Assembly: GCF_035084215.1 (NCBI RefSeq)
Contig: NC_090330.1
Coordinates: 110,670,001-110,734,000 of the forward strand
DNA length: 64,000 bases
Reading direction: 5' to 3'
Origin: Heptranchias perlo
Lineage: Eukaryota
A program made the position numbers and the translations under genes. Numbering within the stretch: the stretch's first letter is position 1; each line of letters starts with the position of its first letter. The notes below the pieces were generated by a model. The model ran no database searches. It was given only the letters and a program-made list of their open reading frames with translations, and had not been told where the DNA came from. Below, piece after piece: positions 11,025-21,557 of this stretch.

Positions 11025-12330
11025 AGGGCTTAGCGAGGGTGCAGAAGAGATTTACCAGAATGGTACCAGGGATGAGGGACTTCATTTACGTGGAGGGACG
11101 CTGGGCAGTAGAGGAAGCTGGGATTGTTCTCCTTGGAGCAGAGAAGGTTAAGGGGAGATTTAATAGAGGTGCTCAAAATTATGAGAGGTTTTTATAGAGT
11201 ATAGAATCATAGAAATTTACAGCACAGAAGGAGGCCATTCGGCCCATCATGCCTTTGCCAGCCTAATCCCACTTTCCCGCTCTTGGTCCGTAGCCCTGTA
11301 GGTTACAGCACTTCAAGAGCACGTCCAACCATCTTTTAAATGAGTTGAGGGTTTCTGCCTCTACCACCCTTTCAGGCAGTGAGTTCCAGACCCCCACCAT
11401 CCTCTGGGTGAAAAATTCTTTCCTCAGCTCCCCTCTAATCCTTCTACAAATTACTTTAAATCTATGCCCCCTGGTTATTGACCTCTCTGCTAAGGGAAAT
11501 AGGTCCTCCCTATCCACTCTATCTCGGCCCCTCATAATTTTATACACCTCAACTAAATCTCCCCTCAGCCTCCTCTGTTCCAAAGAAAACAACCCCAGCC
11601 TATCCAATCTTTCCTCATAGCTAAAATTCTCCAGTCCTGGCAACACCCTCGTAAATCTCCTCTGTACCCTCTCTAGTGCAATCACATCCTTCCTGTAATG
11701 TGGTGACCAGAACTGTACACAGTACTCAAGCTGTGGCCTAACCAATGTTTTATACAGTTCCAGCATAACCTCCCTGCTCTTATATTCTATGCCTCGACTA
11801 ATAAAGGAAAATATCCCATATGCCTTATTAATCACCTTATCTCCCAGTCCTGCACCTCTCACTATCCTCCCATTTATTGTGTACTCCCTTGCCTTGTTTG
11901 CTCTCCCCAAATGCATTACCTCACACTTCTCTGGATTGAATTCCATTTGCCACTTTTCTGCCCACCTGACCAGTCCATTGATATCTTCCTGCAGTCTACA
12001 GCAAATTAGGGGAAACTATTTCTAGTGGCAGGAGGGTCGGTAACCAGAGGACACAGATTTAAGATAATTGGCAAAAGAAACAGAGGGGAGATGAGGAGAA
12101 TTCCTTTTACGCAGCGAGTTGTTCTGATCTGGAATTCGCTGCCTGAAAGGGAGGTGGAAGCAGATTCAATAATAACTTTAAAAAGGGAATTGGATAAACA
12201 CTCGAAGGAGAAACATTTACAGGGCTATGGGGAAAGAGCAGGGGAATGGGACTAATTGGATAGCTCTTTCAAAGAGCCGGCACAGGCACGATGGGCCGAA
12301 CGGCCTCCTCCTGTGCAGTAAGATTCCATG
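11025..12330. mobile_element. Nested CR1s: a - strand CR1 3' piece (~11200-12000) inserted into a + strand CR1 3' piece
   Basis: The + element reads ...[13 protein letters not shown] at ~11150-11200 and resumes ...[12 protein letters not shown] at ~12010; ORF 11263..11946 is the inner element. Confidence 0.85.
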
Positions 12331-12669
12331 AATATGTTTTCAATGCAACAAGTGAATGGAACAAGTTGGTGCAGAGGCTCCTTCCTACCAGCGGGTGTCA
12401 GTGCCTGCCTGTTGTAGGAGCTGCAGGGAGTTACAGGTTAAATCATCTCACCAGCCTCCGTCATGTACAGGATTGTTTTCGGGGGTGTTTAGATATGAGT
12501 TTGTCAGACTAAACAAAACTACTTCAAAAGGTCCATTTTTCACACTGGAATTATAATAAGGTTCAAAGAGAAATATTATTACTTCCATTAATCTTAATAA
12601 TTCAAATAAAGCAAATGGAAACGGTCGTTCCAGACAAACACTCCAAGGCATGAGGTCCAAGAGCTAGTC

Positions 12670-12770
12670 TTGTGTCGCTGGTCTATCAATAACTTTGCTC
12701 CTGTTCACTACAGTATCCCGGTGAACATTTAGAAGCCCCAGTCCAACTAACCGGTTCTCACTGGTCAACT
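12670..12770 (-). mobile_element. Possible hAT transposase C-terminal (dimerisation domain) remnant
   Basis: TSENRLVGLGLLNVHRDTVVNRSKVIDR resembles the hAT C-terminal RLxxLALLxIHRDxxxxxxxVIDxF pattern; short match only. Confidence 0.4.
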
Positions 12771-12989
12771 TGCGGAACTGACCCGTTCCAGAAGAACATC
12801 CGTTGTTTCGACCAAGTGATCGAGGGAGAAGACCGATTAAAAAAATCATAGAAGTGGTGCTGGAGTTTGAACAGCTACTCCGCGAGATTCATCAACTCAT
12901 TGTGAATCTTACAGTCAGTGGGGAGAAGGGGAGGATTTCATCTCATCGTTCTGACATCGAATGCAAACGTCAGCTCCAACTAGTGGCTG

Positions 12990-13452
12990 TGAGAACTTTT
13001 ACATCCACCTGAGAGGGCAGGCAGGGGCTTGGACAGTGCAGCGCTCCCTCAGTACTGACCCTCCGACAGTGCAGCGCTCCCTCAGTACTGACTCTCCGAC
13101 AGTGCGGCGCTCCCTCAGTACTGACCCTCCGACAGTGCGGCGCTCCCTCAGTACTGACCCTCCGACAGTGCGGCGCTCCCTCAGTACTGACCCTCCGATA
13201 GTGCAGCGCTCCCTCAGTACTGACCCTCCGACAGTGCAGCGCTCCCTCAGTACTGACCCTCCGATAGTGCGGCGCTCCCTCAGTACTGACCCTCCGACAC
13301 TGCAGCGCTCCCTCAGTACTGACCCTCCGACAGTGCAGCACTCCCTCAGTCCTGCACTGGGAGTGTCAGCTTGGATTATGTGCTCAAGTCTCTGGAGTGG
13401 GACTTGGATTCTGACTCAGAGGCGAGAGTGCCAACCACTGAATCACAGCTGA
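12990..13452 (-). mobile_element. Deu-SINE with internal 33-bp minisatellite (~9-10 units)
   Basis: Reverse complement of SINE head at ~13380-13450; (ccctcagtactgaccctccgacagtgcagcgct)n at 13034-13352. Confidence 0.85.
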
Positions 13453-13944
13453 TACCTGACGTATGTGCCTTAAAAGCCAGATATAAAGATGGGGGATGGT
13501 ATTCTGGTATATGCCCAGTATTCGGTAAGAGGAGGTGTTCACTATCGGATTGAGGGGATTAATGAGTGGGAGGCAGCCTGGAGCGAGGACAATGACTGGG
13601 AATCCTCCCAGAGTGAAAAGGAATGAGACAAGAGATTCAACTGCCCTTAAACAGCCTGGAGAGGAGGCGAATGAGAGGTGATCTTCTAGAGTTTTATAGG
13701 ATTGTGAAGTGTGGGAAAAGTTAACTCCGAATATTACTTTAAATGAAAATGGAGCTGAACCTGGGGACACAGATTAAAGTGAGTAAAAGATAACTCGGAC
13801 TGAAATCAGGAGAGTCTTGTAAAAGACAACAAGTGGTCAACAAGTGGAATAAATTTTCAGAACGATTAATAGAGCTGGAAACCCTGGAATCAGTGCAGTG
13901 TAGAATTGGATGGTTAATGTGGTCAAACTCTCTCCTCTGAGTCA

Positions 13945-14195
13945 CTATTCGATGACGAGCAGAGGAGTTCTCCCCTGTATCCTGGGGCCAATATTTATTC
14001 CTTAACTAACAACTAAAACGGATTATCTGGTCATTATCACATTGCTGTTTGTGGGATCTTGCTGTGCGCAAATTGGCTGCCACGTTGCCTACATTACAAC
14101 AGTGACTGCACTTCAAAAAAACATACTTCATTGGCTATAAAGCGCTTTGGGACGTCCTGAGGCTGTGAAAGCTGCTATATAAATGCAAGTTCTTC
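13945..14195 (+). mobile_element. Deu-SINE 3' half
   Basis: cacattgctgtttgtgggatcttgctgtgcgcaaattggctg core and tatataaatgcaag tail. Confidence 0.85.
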
Positions 14196-14254
14196 TTAGC
14201 TGAATGGTTGGTTTAGCACATTTCTCGTTGTTACTGTCTGGTTGTCAGAGAGGA

Positions 14255-14336
14255 GCTGGACCTTTGTGCTGGACCTTTGTGTGGACCTTTGTGTGGACCT
14301 TTGTGCTGAACCTTTGTGCTGGACCTTTGTGCTGGG
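14255..14336. repeat. 13-bp tandem repeat (~6 units)
   Basis: (ggacctttgtgct)n with variants. Confidence 0.85.
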
Positions 14337-14469
14337 ACTGGGTCTTTCTTCAACTTTTTCCAAACAAGTTGGAAGGCTGCAATCTGCAGCAATTCTCCAG
14401 CTTCACTGAGCACCATGGTTTGGACCTGCCTGTAAAAGAGGGTGTGTTATTTGGAAACCCAGTCCTTTA

Positions 14470-15352
14470 AAAATCGATCAATCTCAGTTTTGAAAGCTCC
14501 AATTGACCCCCAGCCTCGACAGCTTTTTGGGGGAGAGAGTTCCAGATTTCCACTCCCCTTTGTGTGAAGAAGTGCTTCCTGACATCACCCCTGAACGGCC
14601 TGGCTCTAATTTTAAGGTTATGCCCCCCTTGTTCTGGGCAGTCCTACTAAAGTTTTTTGATGAGGTAACAGAGAGGATTGATGAGGGCAATGCGGTTGAT
14701 GTGATGTATATGGACTTCCAAAAGGCGTTTGGTAAAGTGCCGCATGATAGACTTGTCAGCAAAGTTGAAGCCAATGAAATAAAAGGTGCAGTGTCAGCAT
14801 GGATATGAGATTGGCTAAGTGACAAGGAACAGAGAGTAGTGGTGAACGGTTGTTTTTCGGACTGGAGGGAGGTGTTCAGTGGTGTTCCCCAGGGGTCGAC
14901 GGAAGGGTCAAGAACCAGTGCGCACAGATTTAAGGTGAGTGTCAAAAAAACCAAAGGTGACATGAGGAAAAACTTTTTTACGCAGCAAATTGTTATGATC
15001 AGGAATGCGCTGCCTGAAAGGGCGGTGGGAGCAGATTCAATCATGGTTTTCAAAAGGGAATTGGATAAATACTTGAAGAGAAAACATTTTCAGGGTTACG
15101 GGGAAAGAGCGGGGGAATGGGACTAATTGGATTGGTCTTACAAAGAGCCAGCACGGGCTCGATGGGCCGATTGGCCTCCTCCTGCTCTATAACAATTCTA
15201 CAATTCAAAGGAAATAGTTTCTCTCTATCCACTCTATCGAATCCTTTAATCAACTTAAACACCTCGATTAGATCACCCCTTAATCTTCTATACTCCAGGG
15301 AATACAAGCCTAGTCTGTGCAACCTGTCCTCATTATTTAACCCTTTAATCCC
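14470..15352. mobile_element. Mosaic of CR1 fragments in both orientations
   Basis: RT pieces (DFQKAFGKVPH, GVPQGS) on +, flanked by - strand CR1 3' pieces. Confidence 0.85.
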
Positions 15353-15466
15353 CTCTTAGTCCCATGAGAGCCCAGTTTTGACACATTGGATGTATCTCTG
15401 GTGTAACGGTGCCAGAGGCATCCGACGGAATGAAGGGAGCCTCTGGTTATAATCAGTAACTCGGGT

Positions 15467-16219
15467 CTGTGATTCTGGAACACGGAGGCGGATTTTCCTG
15501 TGATTCTGGAACACGGAGGCGGATTTTCCCGTGATTCTGAAACACGGAGACGGATTTTCCTGTGATTCTGGAACACGGAGACGGGTTTCCTGTGATTCTG
15601 AAACACGGAGACGGATTTTCCTGTGATTCTGGAACACGGAGGCGGATTTTCCCGTGATTCTGGAACACGGAGACGGGTTTCCTGTGATTCTGAAACACGG
15701 AGACGGATTTTCCCGTGATTCTGGAACACGGAGACGGATTTTCCCCTGATTCTGGAACACGGAGACGGATTTTCCCGTGATTCTGGAACACGGAGACGGA
15801 TTTTCCCGTGATTCTGGAACACGGAGACGGGTTTCCTGTGATTCTGAAACACGGAGACGGATTTTCCCGTGATTCTGGAACACGGAGACGGATTTTCCCA
15901 TGATTCTGGAACACGGAGACGGATTTCCCCGTGATTCTGGAACACGGAGACGGATTTTCCCGTGATTCTGAAACACGGAGACGGATTTTCCCGTGATTCT
16001 GGAACACGGAGACGGATTTTCCCGTGATTCTGAAACACGGAGACGGATTTTCCTGTGATTCTGAAACACGGAGACGGATTTTCCTGTGATTCTGGAACAC
16101 GGAGACGGATTTTCCCGTGATTCTGGAACACGGAGGCGGATTTTCCCGTGATTCTGGAACACGGAGACGGATTTTCCCGTGATTCTGGAACACGGAGGCG
16201 GATTTTCCCGTGATTCTGG
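15467..16219. repeat. 31-bp minisatellite (~24 units)
   Basis: (gtgattctggaacacggagacggattttccc)n with some 30-bp variants. Confidence 0.95.
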
Positions 16220-16540
16220 CAACCAACTGGTTAACAGATGTCACCATGACATCACACTGCACTGTTTTTTGCCACAGAGAATGGTCTTTACGATTAACAT
16301 TTTAAAATTAACTCAGTCAATCGAACTAGATCACGACCCGGTGAGGTAGGTGAGCTGGGCGAACTTGACAAACTCACTGTGTTATGTACTGCTCCCATTG
16401 AAAGAAATTGCTTAAAGTAATCGCTGGGTATTTAAGGAGCAACATGGACCCGTGTAAAGGCCAAAGGGGTTTTTAATTCATTCTCGGGACATGGGCGTCA
16501 ATGACAAGGACGGCATTTATTGCCCATCACTGAGAAGATC

Positions 16541-17740
16541 GAGGGGAACAGGTATACAAAACTAGGGGAACAGATACACAGATCTAGGGGAAGAGATACA
16601 CAGAGCTAGGGGAACAGATACACAGATCTAGGGGAACAGATACACAGATCTAGGGGAACAGATACACAGATCTAGGGGAACAGATACACAGATCTAGGGG
16701 TACAGATACACAGATCTAGGGGAACAGATACACAGATCTAGGGGAACAGATACACAGATCTAGGGGAACAGATACACAGATCTAGGGGTACAGATACACA
16801 GAGCTAGGGGAACAGATACACAGATCTAGGGGAACAGATACACAGATCTAGGGGAACAGATACACAGATCTAGGGGTACAGATACACAGAGCTAGGGGAA
16901 CAGATACACAGATCTAGGGGAACAGATACACAGATCTAGGGGAACAGATACACAGATCTAGGGGAACAGATACACAGATCTAGGGGAACAGATACACAGA
17001 TCTAGGGGAACAGATACACAGAACTAGGGGAACAGATACACAGATCTAGGGGAACAGATACACAGATCTAGGGGAACAGATACACAGATCTAGGGGTACA
17101 GATACACAGATCTAGGGGAACAGATACACAGATCTAGGGGTACAGATACACAGATCTAGGGGAACAGATACACAGATCTAGGGGAACAGATACACAGATC
17201 TAGGGGAACAGATACACAGATCTAGGGGAAGAGATACACAGAACTAGGGGTACAGATACACAGATCTATGGGAGCAGATACACAGATCTACGGGAGCAGA
17301 TACACAGATCTAGGGGAACAGATACACAGATCTAGGGGTACAGATATACAGATATAGGGGAACAGATACACAGACCTAGGGGTACAGATACACAGAACTA
17401 GGGGTACAGATACACAGAACTAGGGGAAGAGATACACAGATCTAGGGGTACAGATATACAGATATAGGGGTACAGATACACAGACCTAGGGGTACAGATA
17501 CACAGAACTAGGGGAAGAGATACACAGATCTAGGGGTACAGATACACAGATCTACGGGAGCAGGTACGCAGATCTAAGGGAGCAGATACACAGATCTTGG
17601 GGAGCAGATACACAGATCTAGAGGTACAAATATACAAATTTAGGGGTACAGAAACACAGATTTAGGGGTACAGGTACTCAGATCTAGGGGAACAAATACA
17701 CTGATCTAGGGGAACAGATACACAGATTTAGGGGTACTGT
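16541..17740. repeat. 22-bp minisatellite (~54 units)
   Basis: (aggggaacagatacacagatct)n, degenerating towards the right end. Confidence 0.95.
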
Positions 17741-18141
17741 ACCAGATTTCTTGATCTTTAAAAGCAATATTGCAAGTAAAAGAAGTCATTAAAAAGGCAA
17801 ATTGGATTCTGTGATTCATACACAGGGGTATCGAACAGAGAGACAAGTGTCTAATGGTGGATCTGTCGATATTGGTGCATTGTGAACAGGTCGGATAGAG
17901 GCGGTGTGGAAAAGGTACAACATAGGATTCATCAGGTGACCGGTGGTGAGAGGACACAATGACTCTTGGAGCCAAGTTAATCCCAACATGTGAGAGGAAA
18001 GTCCATTAACAGCTGAAGAAATCAATCTTCGGGAAAGAGTGGGTCGATGTTAAGCACAACGGATAGAAATGGCCTTAAATTTCTTTGAATGTGTTGGAAA
18101 TAAAAGCAGAGCCAAACATTTTGTTTTAAAACACAAAATTA

Positions 18142-18147
18142 TTTATT
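18142..18147 (-). terminator. Probable distal poly(A) signal of COL4A5
   Basis: tttatt on + is AATAAA on -; followed on - by U/GU-rich ttttgtgtttt and preceded by tttgtacatt. Confidence 0.5.
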
Positions 18148-19099
18148 TTAATCTTCATGTCTTATAATGTACAAATGGGACTGGAGGAATAGGAGAATCA
18201 TTTTAGTTAAACTGCATCACAAAACAAACAGCCTTAATCTTTCCATGCAAACCTTTAACTCGCAGAGAAGTGTAACGCACATGGACTGATTTAGGTACCA
18301 ATTTGTTCCGCATCAAGCAATTGTAGTATGTAACATCCACATAATACATAACCCATTACTGATCCATTTCACTACACTTTAATACAAACTGTATAAAAAT
18401 ACAAAAAAAAATCAAGGCCTCATAGGTGAGCAGAGAATCAAGTCATTCAAGTGTACAATATGTAATTTACAAAACCCTGATAATAATGGAGTGATTCAGA
18501 TCAGGGAAGGCAGAGCATCAATGATAACGGGACCAGTGATCACATCATCCTGTAATCAGTACCTCCTCGCTCATCATTAAAGGGGCAATTTGACAATTCC
18601 TGCTCCAATTGGATGGAAAATTGTGGGATCACTAGGCTGGATCCTCAGAATGGAATCCCAATGGTGTCGCTCCCTACTCTGAACATAAAACCCTACAATT
18701 ACCCCTTAGTGATGCTCATCACCACTTTTCAGGTAACATTCTTCATTGTTTTCTGTATCTCCCCTCCAAATACCAACTCCAGTACTTTATATCGAGGGGA
18801 TATTGTCCTTGCAACTGCACCAACATCAACTTATCCATTTAGGGTGTGCACGCCATGTAATTCCACACACTAAAGATTATTGGGCCATATGTTGATAACA
18901 GCAGTGATCAGCAGCTAAAAGCAGCAAGAGCACCAATCAGGAACAATTTACCAGCTGAATATTATTAATGATTTATAATTAGTCAGCTAAGTGTTTGAAA
19001 GATTTCTGGACAGCCCAGATGAGCAATAGCTTTGGTTTTCCTAAATAGCTTTTAGTTTATACATTTAATGATTGGAAAATTGTCCAATTTATGCCAAAC

Positions 19100-19850
19100 A
19101 GATGCACACAAATCCATGCATGCTCATAGAGACACACACACACGTACACACACATGTATGCACACACACATGCACACATGTACACACGCACACACTTCTA
19201 CACACACATGTACACACGCACACACTTCCACACACACACACATGTCCACACGCACACACTTCCACACACACACACATGTCCACACGCACACACTTCTACA
19301 CACACATGTCCACACGCACACACTTCCACACACACACACATGTCCACACGCACACACTTCCACACACACACATGTCCACACGCACAAACTTCCACACACA
19401 TGTACACACGCACACACTTCCACACACACACACATGTACACACGTACACACACACACTTCTACACACACATGTACACACGCACACACACACTTCCACACA
19501 CAGACACACGTGTATGTGTGCACACACTTCTACATACAGGTATGCACACACACTTCCACAGACACACATGTATGCACGCACACACTTCTACACACACGTG
19601 TACGCACGCACACGCTTCCACACACAGACACACATGTACGCACGCACACATTTCCACAGACACACATGTACACACACACAGATGCACATGTACGCACGCA
19701 CACTTCCATGCACACACACACGTATGCACGCACACACTTCCACACACACACGTACATACATACACACGTACACCTCCACACGCTTCCACACACACAGGCA
19801 CACATGCACGCACGCGTGCACACACTCCCACACACACATATACACACCCA
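19100..19850. repeat. Compound CA-rich microsatellite/minisatellite
   Basis: Units such as acacacatgtacacacgcacacacttcc; source of the His/Thr and Cys/Val ORFs. Confidence 0.95.
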
Positions 19851-20466
19851 CAATATACCGGAGATACTGGAAACATGCACGTCTGTTACTTGGGTAGTAA
19901 GTAATCGATTGGTAAAAGAATCAATGATTCTAATTGGTGCCTTTCAGTGTGTGTGTAACGTGGCCTGATAATAGTTTCCAGGCTGAAATCCTGAGGCTCT
20001 GATTGGAACCCTGCCCAGATGTAGAGTCTGCACTCCAGCTCCGACCCACACACACATCCTGTAAAAATCTAGCTCAGCAGCGCAGCCTCCCGATTCCTGC
20101 CCTTTAATCCCACATTCCAGGGAAGGACACTGTACAAGAACAGTTGGTTATATCTGAAAGCAGCAGCCAAGTAATAATGAATGAAAGGACTTGATCACAA
20201 TTTTTTAAAAAACACTGATTGTGAACAATTGATTACAGCAACTTGCAATCGTACAGCCCATGCATATATTAGTACACCCTCCTTAAAATAAAGTTTAGAA
20301 TGTTGCAGTTTAATGGCACTTAGCAGCCATGAGTGAAGATCGAAAGATAGCAGAGATGCTAATTGGACATAATAAGTACAGACAGCTGAGAGCTGGAGAG
20401 GTTAGATGACAGTGTATAATCCATAGCACCTTAGTGAAGAATTTCAAATAATATATACTAAATAAT

Positions 20467-20597
20467 GGGGCTGATTTTACAAAGTCTCGCTGCCAATCGG
20501 AAGCCTGATTTGCTGGGTGTCCACGTCAGGAAATTACAGGTGGGCATCCTGACAGGGAGATTCCCCGCTGGAAATGTGTCTTTGTAAAATCAGTCCC
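20467..20597. mobile_element. Short MITE-like element with 18-bp terminal inverted repeats
   Basis: ggggctgattttacaaag (20467-20484) and ctttgtaaaatcagtccc (20580-20597) are 17/18 complementary. Confidence 0.7.
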
Positions 20598-21413
20598 GTC
20601 ATATAAACTGGTGAGCCACTTCCAGAAAATTCCTTGCTTGTACAACAATAAATGTCACAATCGACCGTAGACCCTGTGGTCTTACAGCTTCTTGATTCAA
20701 CCTTACACCCGCTCCCAGAACCCGACAGTCAGAAAACAAACAAAACCTTAAATAGAAACTATTTAGTATATATTATATAGATGGAACGAATAGATGGGAG
20801 GGAGTTAATCGCCATCCGACCCGTCTTGCGAGGCGAGGCTCCCGATTGGGAGCTGAGCTGGGCGGGAGTGCAGATCGGAGGGTCAGAGGCAGAGGTCAGA
20901 CTGTTCAAATCGCTGTACCTCCCCACTCCCCGATCGTCTGGTCAGTAATTTCAATCGCTGGAAAACCGGGAGTGCAGCGGATCAAGTGCGCTAACCTCTG
21001 AGCTCCTCTCTCCGATCCAGGGTAAAGCTCAGCGCCAGGAGACTTGCCTTGCAAGGTTCATCCCAATAACCCAACCATCAGCAACGCCTGCAAGCTTCTC
21101 TCGCTGGTTAGGATGTAACTCAAACTCCTAGATATGGTTAACAGCCTTTTGACTCCCTCCCATCTATTCATTGAACTGTAAGTATTATTATTTCTGTTAA
21201 TATTCAGTGCAATACTTTAATAAACAAAAGTGCCATTTAGTAAGTCAATAGTAGGAAGCTTATGTTTCTTTTACTTAGAGCAGTATGCACCGGGATATTG
21301 CATTAAAAGCTTGTACTTTTGTTTCTCCATTCATATGGCTATGCACTTTTTTCATTTGGCACAATAGATGAGTGAGGTACACAGAATATTGTCATATTGC
21401 TTTATTATAGAAA

Positions 21414-21421
21414 TAGCACCA
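21414..21421 (-). promoter_or_regulatory. miR-29 8mer target site (UGGUGCUA)
   Basis: tagcacca on +, about 55 nt downstream of the collagen stop codon; miR-29 is an established collagen regulator. Confidence 0.7.
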
Positions 21422-21475
21422 TAGTTCATTAGAGGATTGCGACGCAGCTAACAAGCTTGGGAGTCTCAGAATACA

Positions 21476-21557
21476 TTACGTCTTCTTCATGCAGACTTGG
21501 CAGCGGCTGATACGGGTTCGCAGTTCACCCGCCTTGAGGGTCTCCGACTCTGGTTTC
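21476..21557 (-). CDS. COL4A5: COL4A5 last coding exon (NC1 C-terminus)
   Basis: ttcag|G; [26 protein letters not shown] (TAA), 82 bp. Confidence 0.95.

Larger units (their letters stand above)
18120..21475 (-). other. COL4A5: Putative long 3'UTR of COL4A5
   Basis: AT-rich and retroelement-poor compared with the rest of the window; three miR-29 seed matches; proximal AATAAA at 21401-21406 and distal at 18142-18147. Confidence 0.55.

Noticed and set aside
19068-19968. His/Thr- and Cys/Val-rich ORFs (also at 41.0 and 54.1 kb)
   Set aside because: Translations of CA/TG microsatellites.
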